DNA of 64,000 nt from Thermoflexus hugenholtzii JAD2 (GTDB lineage: Bacteria > Chloroflexota > UBA11872 > UBA12225), in the NCBI GenBank assembly GCA_945865725.1, contig CAMBEO010000003.1:5111-69110 (forward strand), in the 5' to 3' direction. A program made the translations under genes and the position numbers. This document shows, piece after piece, positions 49,125-57,480 of the stretch. Numbering within the stretch: position 1 is the first letter of the stretch; each line of letters opens with the position of its first letter. The notes below the pieces were generated by a model that saw only the letters and a list, made by a program, of their open reading frames with translations, had not been told where the DNA came from and made no database searches.

Positions 49125-49892
49125 TTGCACCACGAGGTGGCCCTCCTCTCGGCGGGCCACCGTTCCCTTGTCGGCATCGACGAGGTCGGGCGCGGCGCCT
49201 GGGCAGGTCCGGTCGTCGCTGGTGCCGTCTCGGTCCCCCTAGCCGCCTACGCCGACCCCGCGATCCTTGCCGGCGTCGACGACTCGAAGCGCCTGTCCGC
49301 ATCGCGCCGCGAGCGTCTCGCGTCGGAAATCCGGGGTGTCGCCTCAGCCGCCGTCGGGTGGGTCGACCCACGCACGATGGATGCCCTCGGCGCGGGCGAG
49401 GCGACGCGCCTGGCGATGCGTGCCGCCCTCGCCGCCCTCGCCACGAGCGACCGGGATGGCGCCGTGGAAGGCCTCGGGTGGCATGCCCGCCGCGTGTCCG
49501 GTCCAGCCATCCTCGCCGACGTCGTCCTCGTCGACGGACATCCGATCGACGGCATCGCCGCCCCCCAGCGCGCCTTCATCAAGGGCGATCGCCTGTGCCT
49601 TGCCATCGCCGCGGCCAGCATCGTCGCGAAGGTCGCGCGCGACCGGTACATGACCGCCCTCGCCCACCCGTTCCCGGCGTACGGCTTCGACCGCCACGCG
49701 GGATACGGCACGCGCCAACACTTCACCGCCCTCCTCCGCCACGGGGTGACGCCCCAGCATCGCCGACGATTCCAGCCGGTACGCCACCTTGACCAGTGCG
49801 CCGCGACGTCTACCCGCGCCCTCCCGCCGGGCGCCGACCGGTCGCCGCGGATCCCGTTGCAAGGGCTTGCAGGGGCATGGACACCACGATGA
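49125..49892 (+). CDS. rnhB: Ribonuclease HII
   Basis: GIDEVGRGAWAGPVV and DDSKRLS motifs. TTG or GTG start just after the rplS stop. Confidence 0.8.
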   Translation: MHHEVALLSAGHRSLVGIDEVGRGAWAGPVVAGAVSVPLAAYADPAILAGVDDSKRLSASRRERLASEIRGVASAAVGWVDPRTMDALGAGEATRLAMRAALAALATSDRDGAVEGLGWHARRVSGPAILADVVLVDGHPIDGIAAPQRAFIKGDRLCLAIAAASIVAKVARDRYMTALAHPFPAYGFDRHAGYGTRQHFTALLRHGVTPQHRRRFQPVRHLDQCAATSTRALPPGADRSPRIPLQGLAGAWTPR

Positions 49893-50269
49893 CGGGCCGC
49901 CTGACGTCGCGGCAGCGCACGGGCCAGGCCGGCGAGGCCATCGCCGCGACGTACGCGCGCCAGCGAGGGTGGCAGGTCCTCGAGTCGAACGTGCGCCTGC
50001 CTTCCGGAGAGATCGACCTCGTGGTCCGCGACGGCGACGAAATCGCCCTCGTCGAGGTGCGGACCCGGCATTCGGACGCGTTCGGCACCGGAGCCGAGAG
50101 CCTCACGACGCGCAAGCGTGCCCGGATGGCGGCCTGTGCGTTCGAGTACCTCCTCGCGCGGGCGATCGACCCGGACACGGCGCGATGGCGCGTCGACCTG
50201 GTCGCCATCGTCCTCGTCGCGGGAGGCACGCCCCGCGTGGAGCATCTTCCGCATGTCCTCGCCGGATAG
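49889..50269 (+). CDS. yraN: YraN/UPF0102 family endonuclease
   Basis: ATGA overlap with the rnhB stop. GEIDLVVRDGDEIALVEVRTR core. Confidence 0.75.
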   Translation: MTGRLTSRQRTGQAGEAIAATYARQRGWQVLESNVRLPSGEIDLVVRDGDEIALVEVRTRHSDAFGTGAESLTTRKRARMAACAFEYLLARAIDPDTARWRVDLVAIVLVAGGTPRVEHLPHVLAG

Positions 50270-50541
50270 CCCGGTGCCGGGCACGCGCGTCGTCCGACGT
50301 CGCCCTCGGGGGGTCAGCGGCGAGCGCCGGTGGTTCCTGACCGCGATTCGCGGCCAGTTGGCCGGCGCGCGGATCCTCGGCTACGTCGCGATAGCGGTCG
50401 CCATTGGCGCCGGGGCGTGGTGGATCATTGGCACTACCGGGTCACCGGTCGTTGGCGCGGGTTTCATCGCCCTTGGCGCCGTCCTCGGGGCCGCGATCTG
50501 GTCATTCGCCGGGTTGATGCGGATGATCGGCGGGGCACCTG

Positions 50542-53307
50542 TCAGCGGGCGGTTGCCTGCAGTCCCGCCTGGAGTACCGGTCGCGCCATCGGCGCCGCCG
50601 CTTCCGCACCCCACCCGCCGAACTCCCTGAGCACGACGACCGCGACGCGCGGCGCATCCAACGGGGCAATCCCGACAAACCATGCGTGGTCGGGGCGCCC
50701 GGGCACGCTCTGCCCCGTGCCGGTCTTGCCCCCGACCCGGACCCCCGTGATCGCCCCGGCTCCCGAGAAGCCGTCATCCACGGCCAGGCCCATCATCGCC
50801 CGAACCGCGCCCGCCGTCGCCGGGGTGACCGCGCGCCCCAGCGAGGCCGGATGAGTGCGCCGAACCGTCGCCACGCCCCCATCGACCTGCGCGACGACCT
50901 CCGCGACGATCCACGGGCGAGGCACGTCACCGTCCCGAGCGATCGTCGCGGCGATTACCGCCACTTGGAGTGGGGACAGGAGCAGCTCGCCCTGGCCGAA
51001 CGCGGTCGACGCCAGCAGCGACGGCGGCATCGGGCTGGTCCTCCCGACGCTCGTCGCACTGGTGTCGATCCCGAGGGGCAGGGCAGTGCCGATGCCAAAT
51101 CTCCCGGCGTAATCGCGCAGGCGCGCCTCGCCAATCTTTCCACCCACCTCGGCGAACACGACGTTCGAGGACCATGCAAACGCGCGCGCGAAGTCGAACG
51201 TCGGACGCGGCGGGCGCATCGCGTCGGTGACCCGGAACCCGTCGATGGTCACCTCACCCGTCGGGTCGCTGGTGATGGTTGCCAGCGTCATCACGCCCGA
51301 GTCGATCGCCGCGGCCGCCGTCACGACCTTGAAGGTGCTGCCCGGCACGTACAAGCCCTGCGCGGCCCGGTTCACCAGCGGCTTGGCCGGATCAGCGAGC
51401 AGCGACGACCACCGGGCGTCGATCCCCTCCACCGGCAGGGGCGGGTTGCTTGCCATCGCCAGCACGGCACCCGTTCGCGTGTCGAGGGCAATGGCGGCGC
51501 CAGCGGCGTCGCCGAGGGCCGCAGCCGCCGCGGCCTGCACGTCCGGGTCGATCGTCAAGCCCACGTTCGCCCCGCGACCGGGCAATCGCGCCACCTGCCG
51601 CACGAGGTCGCCGTAGGAGAGCGGCGCGCCCGTCCCCGTCAAGGCGGCGTCCTCGGCGCGTTCGACCCCCGAGGTCCCGTAGCGTGCCGACCGGTAGCCG
51701 ACGACATGCCCCAGCGATGGCACCAGCAGGTGACGCGTGCCGTCCGCTCGCGATTCGACGACGACGTTCCCGTGCCGGTCGACGATCTGCCCTCGCATCG
51801 CATGCCGGCCGTCCTGGGCGAGGCGCGGGTTCTGGGGCGCGGCCGCGAGCGCGCCCGACGCGACCGCCTGCCAGTACCCCGCGAACGCCGCGAGCACGCC
51901 GAAGAGTGCGAGGAATAGCGTCCCGAGGCTTCGCGCGTGCGCCCCCATCGCGCCTGGCGACCCGGTGGTGGCTGCCCCGGGACGATCGCCCGCTTCCTCG
52001 TGGGACGCACGCAAGAGCAGGCCCAGCAACAGCCACGACGCGAGCATCGACGATCCGCCATAGCTGACGAACGGCAGCGTCACGCCGGTCAGGGGGATCA
52101 GCCGCACGTTTCCGCCGACGATCGTCACCACCTGGAAGGCGATGACCGCGGCCAGCCCGGCGGCGAGCAGCTGCCGGAACGGGTCGCGCGCGCGCATGGC
52201 GATCCCAAGCCCAGAGGCGACGAGGACCGCGTACGCCAGGACCAGTGCAAGGCTTCCCGCCAGCCCGGCCTCCTCGGCGAAGGCCACGAACGGGTAGTCC
52301 GTGTGGGCCGCCGGCACGTAGAGCGGGTAGCCGTTCCCGAGGCCCCGACCCGCGATCCCTCCCGACGCCATCGCATACATCGCCTGCACGATCTGGTACG
52401 ACCGTCCCAGCGGATCGACCCACGGGTCAAGCCACACCTCCACCCGCAAGCGCACGTGCGCGAACAGGCGGAAGCAGGCGTACGCGCCGACCCCGAAGAC
52501 CGCGACCGATCCGACGACGTATCGCGCCCGGCCGATCGCGACGTGGAGCATCGCGAGGAAGGTGGCGTAAAAGAGCAGCGCCGACCCGAGGTCCCGTTGC
52601 ACCACGAGCAGGACCAGGCACCCGCCCCACATCGCGACGAGCGGGATGAGCCAGGCGATGGGCGGCACCGGCACGCCCCACAGGCGCGATGGCGCGACGA
52701 GCAGCATCGCCCGCTTCTCGGTCAGGTAGCCCGCGAGGAACAGGACGAGCACGATCTTGAGGAGCTCGCTCGGCTGGAACACGTAGCCCAGGAGGCCGAG
52801 CCAGAGGCGGTCACCGCTGCCGTTCAGGTCACGCCCGGCGACGAGCGTCAGGGCGACCAGGGCGATCCCGGCCACGAGGATCGCGTACTTGAAGCGCTCG
52901 AGGTGGCGGGTCTCCCATGGCCCGGCGGCGACCACGACGGCCCCGGTCGCCCCGAGCGCGACCCACGTCGCCTGCCTCGCGGCGGCGTCCGGTACCAGCC
53001 GGGTCACGATCACGATCCCGACGCCCACGAGGCACGCCACGACCGGGAACGTCACCTGGTCGCCCCGGTTCCCGGTTGCCACGAGCATCAGGTGGGTAAC
53101 CACCAGCGTCGCCCCGACCGCGTACGCGGGCCAGAAGCGCGCGTCGTCAAGTGCGCGTTCCCACGTCACGGCAAGCGTCGCTACCCCGAGGGCGAGCACC
53201 ACCAGCGCGACCGCGAGCAGCCCGGTCTCCGTCCACCGGGCCGCCGGCCGAACGACGGGCATCCATCCGGCACGTCGCACCTGCCTGCGAGGACCCTGCC
53301 CGATCAT
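50542..53307 (-). CDS. Fused SEDS glycosyltransferase (RodA/FtsW) and class B penicillin-binding protein (transpeptidase)
   Basis: N-terminal 470 aa: 10 TM helices with SEDS hallmarks (…FQPSELLKI…, …LIPLTGVTLPFVSYGGSSM). C-terminal 450 aa: PBP dimerisation region plus transpeptidase motifs STFK, SSN-like and KTGT. ATG at 53307 in an ATGA overlap with the fhaB stop. Confidence 0.85.
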   Translation of the reverse strand: MIGQGPRRQVRRAGWMPVVRPAARWTETGLLAVALVVLALGVATLAVTWERALDDARFWPAYAVGATLVVTHLMLVATGNRGDQVTFPVVACLVGVGIVIVTRLVPDAAARQATWVALGATGAVVVAAGPWETRHLERFKYAILVAGIALVALTLVAGRDLNGSGDRLWLGLLGYVFQPSELLKIVLVLFLAGYLTEKRAMLLVAPSRLWGVPVPPIAWLIPLVAMWGGCLVLLVVQRDLGSALLFYATFLAMLHVAIGRARYVVGSVAVFGVGAYACFRLFAHVRLRVEVWLDPWVDPLGRSYQIVQAMYAMASGGIAGRGLGNGYPLYVPAAHTDYPFVAFAEEAGLAGSLALVLAYAVLVASGLGIAMRARDPFRQLLAAGLAAVIAFQVVTIVGGNVRLIPLTGVTLPFVSYGGSSMLASWLLLGLLLRASHEEAGDRPGAATTGSPGAMGAHARSLGTLFLALFGVLAAFAGYWQAVASGALAAAPQNPRLAQDGRHAMRGQIVDRHGNVVVESRADGTRHLLVPSLGHVVGYRSARYGTSGVERAEDAALTGTGAPLSYGDLVRQVARLPGRGANVGLTIDPDVQAAAAAALGDAAGAAIALDTRTGAVLAMASNPPLPVEGIDARWSSLLADPAKPLVNRAAQGLYVPGSTFKVVTAAAAIDSGVMTLATITSDPTGEVTIDGFRVTDAMRPPRPTFDFARAFAWSSNVVFAEVGGKIGEARLRDYAGRFGIGTALPLGIDTSATSVGRTSPMPPSLLASTAFGQGELLLSPLQVAVIAATIARDGDVPRPWIVAEVVAQVDGGVATVRRTHPASLGRAVTPATAGAVRAMMGLAVDDGFSGAGAITGVRVGGKTGTGQSVPGRPDHAWFVGIAPLDAPRVAVVVLREFGGWGAEAAAPMARPVLQAGLQATAR

Positions 53308-53768
53308 CGCTGGCCCGCTGGCCGCGGCGCCAATGCCTCGTACCGCCACGCCAGGCCACCGGTCCGGATCGTGTCGCCATGGCGGAGGCGCACGGGCGCG
53401 TCGACCGACCGGCCGTTGACCGTCGTCCCGTTCCGGCTCCCGACGTCAGACACCTGCCAGCCATCGCCTGACGCCTCAAGGCGCAGGTGGTGTGACGACA
53501 CGCCGTCGTCGCGCACCACGATGTCGTTCGCCGGTCCGCGGCCGAGCGTGGAGGCACGTCCGACCAGCGGCACCGCGCGACCGGCGTCATCACCGCCATC
53601 GCCCGCCTCGACAAGCACGAGGCGCGACACCCCGCGCACGGGTGGGGCCGCGCCAGCGAGCGCCCGGCGAAGGGCGAGGAGCGCGACTGCGACGAACACG
53701 TACAGCGAGACCGCGAACGCCAGCCGCAGGATGAGGACGAGCGCTTCCGCGCCGGCCAGCCCGGTCAC
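53304..53768 (-). CDS. FhaB/FipA-like protein (N-terminal TM helix plus C-terminal FHA domain)
   Basis: FHA domain (…TLGRGPANDIVVRDDGVSSHHLRL…NGTTVNGRSVDAPVRLRHGDTIRTG). GTG at 53768 chosen because the upstream part of the ORF is repeat sequence. Confidence 0.55.
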   Translation of the reverse strand: MTGLAGAEALVLILRLAFAVSLYVFVAVALLALRRALAGAAPPVRGVSRLVLVEAGDGGDDAGRAVPLVGRASTLGRGPANDIVVRDDGVSSHHLRLEASGDGWQVSDVGSRNGTTVNGRSVDAPVRLRHGDTIRTGGLAWRYEALAPRPAGQR

Positions 53769-53789
53769 GAGCGACGTCTCGCGCCCTGG

Positions 53790-54010
53790 TGCCGGCCAGT
53801 GCCTCCCTCTCCCGTTGGTCCGCGGGCATCCTTGCCCGCCGGGGTGGGGTCTGGGTGCTTCCCTCTCCCGCCGCAGCGCGGGAGTGGATGGGGGGTGGCG
53901 CTTCCCTCTCCCGCCGCAGCGGGGGAGGGACTGAGGGTGGGGGCTAGGGACTGAGGGTGGGGGTCCTTCTCCCCTCTCTCGCCGCAGCGTTGGGGGGGCG
54001 CTTCTTGCGG
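53790..54010 (+). repeat. Mosaic repeat cluster (modules B-A-A plus 'GGGACTGAGGGTGGGGG' duplication)
   Basis: Lies between fhaB and fhaA inside the cell-division gene cluster. Confidence 0.9.
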
Positions 54011-54045
54011 CAGATGGAAGGGGGCCTCCGCCCTTGCGAGAAAAG

Positions 54046-54843
54046 TCACGATCGGTCGCCCTCACCGACCCGCATGGACACGTCACCGAACTGCACCAGG
54101 CCCCCCGGGCGCACGACCGCGTGTCGGACCCGTCGACCATCGACCACCGTCCCGTTTGTGCTGTCCAGGTCCTCGATCTCAAGCGCCGGCCCAGTGCTCG
54201 CCACTTCAGTCCAGGCGACCGTCGCGTGCCGTCGCGAGACGCTCCCATCCTCGAGCACGACGTGGCACGCGCGGTCCCGCCCGACGTCCAGGCGCGTGCC
54301 GCGGGCGACCTGCCACGTGGCACCATCGAGCGCCGAAAGCGTGAGGGATCCCGCCACTGGGGCTGGCACGCGGCCGCTTGCGGGGCGCGCCTCCACGACC
54401 GGCATCACGCGCGTCGCACCCGGTGCCTCGCCCGGCGGGGGCGCCTCGTGCGTCGCGACGACCGTCGCCCGGCCCGACGGGTGCCCCGCGGCGACGCCGA
54501 TGACCACGCGCGGCGCGCCGGCGAGGCGGTAGCCTCGACCCGACGCCTCCGTCTCGACAAACCGTTCGAACTCGCGTTGCAACGCGTCCACGATGCCCGC
54601 CATCGCGGCGTGGTCGGCCTCCGCCACGGTGACCTCGTACCGGTTCGGCGCGAGCGGGCGGTCCCCCGTCACCAGGATCGCGTCGTCCATCGCGACCACC
54701 AGTCGGCGCGCGATCTCCACTGGTTGGACGCGTTGGCCGGTCAGCCAGCGGGCGGGGCCCTCGACGGCCGCCTGCAGCCAGGATTCCAGTCTCGTGAGCG
54801 CGCTCACCCTTCCTGTCCCCTTCGCGCGTGCGCGCGTCCGCAC
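54046..54843 (-). CDS. FhaA-like protein (DUF3662 N-terminal domain plus C-terminal FHA domain)
   Basis: DUF3662-like N-terminus (…LESWLQAAVEG…VQPVEIARRL…) and an FHA domain (GRDRACHVVLEDGSVSRRHATV…NGTVVDGRRV). Confidence 0.7.
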   Translation of the reverse strand: MRTRARAKGTGRVSALTRLESWLQAAVEGPARWLTGQRVQPVEIARRLVVAMDDAILVTGDRPLAPNRYEVTVAEADHAAMAGIVDALQREFERFVETEASGRGYRLAGAPRVVIGVAAGHPSGRATVVATHEAPPPGEAPGATRVMPVVEARPASGRVPAPVAGSLTLSALDGATWQVARGTRLDVGRDRACHVVLEDGSVSRRHATVAWTEVASTGPALEIEDLDSTNGTVVDGRRVRHAVVRPGGLVQFGDVSMRVGEGDRS

Positions 54844-54943
54844 CCTCGAACGGGCGGGGCATCACGCGGGGCGACGCGACCGTGTCCTGCCTCCGGCGCC
54901 TCCCGTCGGCCATGTGGGAACATGTGTGCAGTGGGAGACATGA

Positions 54944-55243
54944 GTGGAGTGGCTTGGCGCGACGCGTGACGTCGTCATCATCGCAGTCGCCTTGACCTCG
55001 CTGGCCGCCAACGTCGCCCTCATCGTCCTCGCGTGGCGGATGTGGGTCCTCGTCAAGTCGCTTCGCGAGGAAGTGGCGCCGATCCTCGAATCGGTCAGGC
55101 GCACCAGCGAGACCGTCCGGGGCACCAGCACCGTCGTCGGCGATGCCGTGATCCGGCCGGTGGCCCGGCTCGCGGGCATGGCGGCGGCCGCGCGGACCTT
55201 TTCCGTCAACATGGGCACCATCCTGCGCGGAGGCTTGCGATGA
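54944..55243 (+). CDS. DUF948-like small membrane protein
   Basis: One TM helix followed by an amphipathic coil, typical of DUF948. Confidence 0.4.
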   Translation: MEWLGATRDVVIIAVALTSLAANVALIVLAWRMWVLVKSLREEVAPILESVRRTSETVRGTSTVVGDAVIRPVARLAGMAAAARTFSVNMGTILRGGLR

Positions 55244-55488
55244 GCGGTCGCGACCCCTGGTTCGCCGCCGGTCTCCTCGCCGGCGCCCTCGTCGCGATCG
55301 CCATCGTCTGGCTGTTTGCCCCGGAAGCCGGGCGAGCCCTCGTCGCCCGGTTGAAGCACGAGGTCCGCCGGACCCGCGACGAGGCCCGCGTCGCCGGCAA
55401 GCGCACCGAGGCCGAGATCCTCGACCGCTATCGCGACGTGCGTGCGCGGGCGACCGAGCCGATCTCCCCGATGCCGATCCGCGCGTGA
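55240..55488 (+). CDS. YtxH-like small membrane protein
   Basis: FAAGLLAGALVAIAIVWLFAPEAGRALVARLKHEV matches the YtxH consensus. ATGA overlap with the previous gene. Confidence 0.5.
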   Translation: MSGRDPWFAAGLLAGALVAIAIVWLFAPEAGRALVARLKHEVRRTRDEARVAGKRTEAEILDRYRDVRARATEPISPMPIRA

Positions 55489-55495
55489 GTTCACG

Positions 55496-56008
55496 GTGAG
55501 GCAACTCGTCATCTGGGTCGCCGGCGCCGTCGGCGGCACCTTCATCGCCAGCATCGCCATCGGCATCGCCGCCGTGGAACTCGGCGGGCGCGACGCCGTC
55601 ATCATCGGCCGCGACCTCGGGGTATTCCTGATCGCCCTCATGACGTGGATCGCCGCGGTGGTCGGGTTTGCCATCTGGTTCGGCCTCGCCGCCGGAACCG
55701 GAGCGGCCACCGGGCCTCTCGTGCGCGCCCTTCGCCGGGCCGGGGCCAAGGCGCGCGACGCCGACGAGGCGATCTCCCGGGGCCTCGAGCGTTTCGTCGT
55801 CCGCCCCCTCGCGATCGGCGCCGGTGCCGCCACGACGATTGCCGAGGCGCAACGCACCGCGCGAACGCGATCAGGCGACGCCTTCAGGGCGGCGGTGCGT
55901 GCCGTCCGGGACGCCTTCGCTGAACTCCGCGAGCATGCGTCATCGTTCCGGCCAACCAGCAAGGTCAACGTCCGCACTGGGGTGCCTCCCCCGCCGGACG
56001 TGCCCTGA
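55496..56008 (+). CDS. Hypothetical membrane protein
   Basis: GTG start. Two TM helices followed by an Ala/Arg-rich helical tail. Confidence 0.35.
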   Translation: MRQLVIWVAGAVGGTFIASIAIGIAAVELGGRDAVIIGRDLGVFLIALMTWIAAVVGFAIWFGLAAGTGAATGPLVRALRRAGAKARDADEAISRGLERFVVRPLAIGAGAATTIAEAQRTARTRSGDAFRAAVRAVRDAFAELREHASSFRPTSKVNVRTGVPPPPDVP

Positions 56009-56029
56009 CCGAGAGCGCTCGCGCGCCTA

Positions 56030-56160
56030 CTGGGTTGGCGCGGGCACGGGGACGGCCCCCTTCCATTGGCCGCAAGCGCCCCGCGCTGCGGCGGGAGAGG
56101 GAAGCACGGCCCCCACCTTAGTTACCCGAGTACTCGGTCCCTCCCCGCCAGGGGGGACGC
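56030..56160 (+). repeat. Mosaic repeat cluster (modules E'-G-A(rev)-D(rev))
   Basis: ATTGGCCGCAAGCGCCCCGCGCTGCGGCGGGAGAGGGAAGCAC and TTAGTTACCCGAGTACTCGGTCCCTCC. Overlaps the 3' end of glf. Confidence 0.85.
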
Positions 56161-57291
56161 CGGTCGTCCTGCCCGGGCCATCGCGATCTCACCAAACACG
56201 GTCAACGCTTGCCCGACGACTTGGTGCATGTCGTAGTACTGGTACGTCGCAAGCCGCCCGGCAAAGAACGTGTCGGGGGTCTGTTGCGCGAGTTCCCGGT
56301 ACTTCCGGTACAGGGCGGCATTCTCCGGGCGCGGCACCGGGTAGTAGGGGTCGCCTGTCGCGCGCGGGAACTCGTAGACGACCGACGTCCGTGCGTGGGC
56401 CTGCCCCGTCAGGTGCTTGAACTCGGTCCGGCGAGTGTAGTCGTGGTCGTTCGGGAAGTTCACGACCGCAACCGGTTGCACGCGATCCACCGGCAACGTC
56501 TCGTGCCGGAACTCCAGCGAACGGTATGGCAGCTTGCCGAACTGCATCCCGAAGAACTCGTCGATTGGCCCCGTGTAGACCATCGTCTGGAACGGTACGA
56601 CGCCGATCAGCTCGCGATAGTCGACCCCCAGGCGAACGGTGATGTTCGGGTGCGCCAGGATCCGCTCGAACATCGCCGTGTAACCGTCGCGCGGCATCGC
56701 CTGGAAGCTGTCGGTGAAATACCGTACGTCGTCATTGGTGCGAGGCGCGATCCGGGCCAGGACGCTCGCGTCGAGCTCCGAGGGGTCGAGGCCCCACTGC
56801 TTGCGCGTGTAGTTGCGGACGAACTTCTCGTAGAGGGCGCGCCCCACCTTGGAGACGACGATGTCTTCCGAGTTGCGCACCTGGGCCACTGGTTCCGCGA
56901 CCGACGCAAACCACGCCGCGCACGCCGCCTCGTCCGGCAGTTCCAGGCCATACAACTGGTTCACCGTCGCCCGGCTGATCGGCACGGGCAAGAGTCTCCC
57001 GTCCACCTGCGCAAGCACGCGGTGCTCGTACGGGCGCCATTCGGTGAACTGGCTCAAGTACGCGACGACGCGCGCCGCGCTCGTGTGGAATATGTGGGGC
57101 CCGTACTGGTGGACGAGGATCCCCGCCTCGTCAAGGTGGTCATGTGCATTGCCGGCGACGTGCGGGCGCCGGTCGCAGACGAGGACGCGCTTCCCCGCTT
57201 GGCTCGCCAGGCGCTCGGCGATGACGGCCCCCGCGAACCCCGCCCCGACGACGAGGACGTCGACCCCCCTGACCTGTCCGACGCGCGGCAC
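56122..57291 (-). CDS. glf: UDP-galactopyranose mutase
   Basis: FAD motif VLVVGAGFAGAV and full-length UGM similarity (…HQYGPHIFHT…YYPVPRPENAALY…). GTG at 57291 directly abuts the repeat cluster. Confidence 0.85.
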   Translation of the reverse strand: MPRVGQVRGVDVLVVGAGFAGAVIAERLASQAGKRVLVCDRRPHVAGNAHDHLDEAGILVHQYGPHIFHTSAARVVAYLSQFTEWRPYEHRVLAQVDGRLLPVPISRATVNQLYGLELPDEAACAAWFASVAEPVAQVRNSEDIVVSKVGRALYEKFVRNYTRKQWGLDPSELDASVLARIAPRTNDDVRYFTDSFQAMPRDGYTAMFERILAHPNITVRLGVDYRELIGVVPFQTMVYTGPIDEFFGMQFGKLPYRSLEFRHETLPVDRVQPVAVVNFPNDHDYTRRTEFKHLTGQAHARTSVVYEFPRATGDPYYPVPRPENAALYRKYRELAQQTPDTFFAGRLATYQYYDMHQVVGQALTVFGEIAMARAGRPASPLAGRDRVLG

Positions 57292-57480
57292 CGACCACGG
57301 GACGGCCCCCACCCTCGTTATCCGAGTACTCGGTCCCTCCCCCGCTGCGGCGGGAGAGGGAAGCACCACCGCCCCTCCCCCGGGGGACGTGGTTGCCCGC
57401 GGACCAACGGGAGAGGGAAGCACTTCCCCCACCCTCAGTCCCTCCCCCGCTGCGGCGGGAGAGGGAAGCACCACCGCACG
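57292..57480 (+). repeat. Mosaic repeat cluster (reverse-orientation modules D-A-B-A)
   Basis: Three GGGAGAGGGAAGCAC cores in reverse orientation plus TTGCCCGCGGACCAACGGG. Overlaps the stop region of the glycosyltransferase. Confidence 0.9.

Noticed and set aside
50251-50630. Small Gly/Ala-rich membrane ORF after yraN
   Set aside because: It overlaps the 3' end of the convergent SEDS-PBP gene by about 90 nt and has low-complexity composition. Kept out of the feature list as too uncertain.
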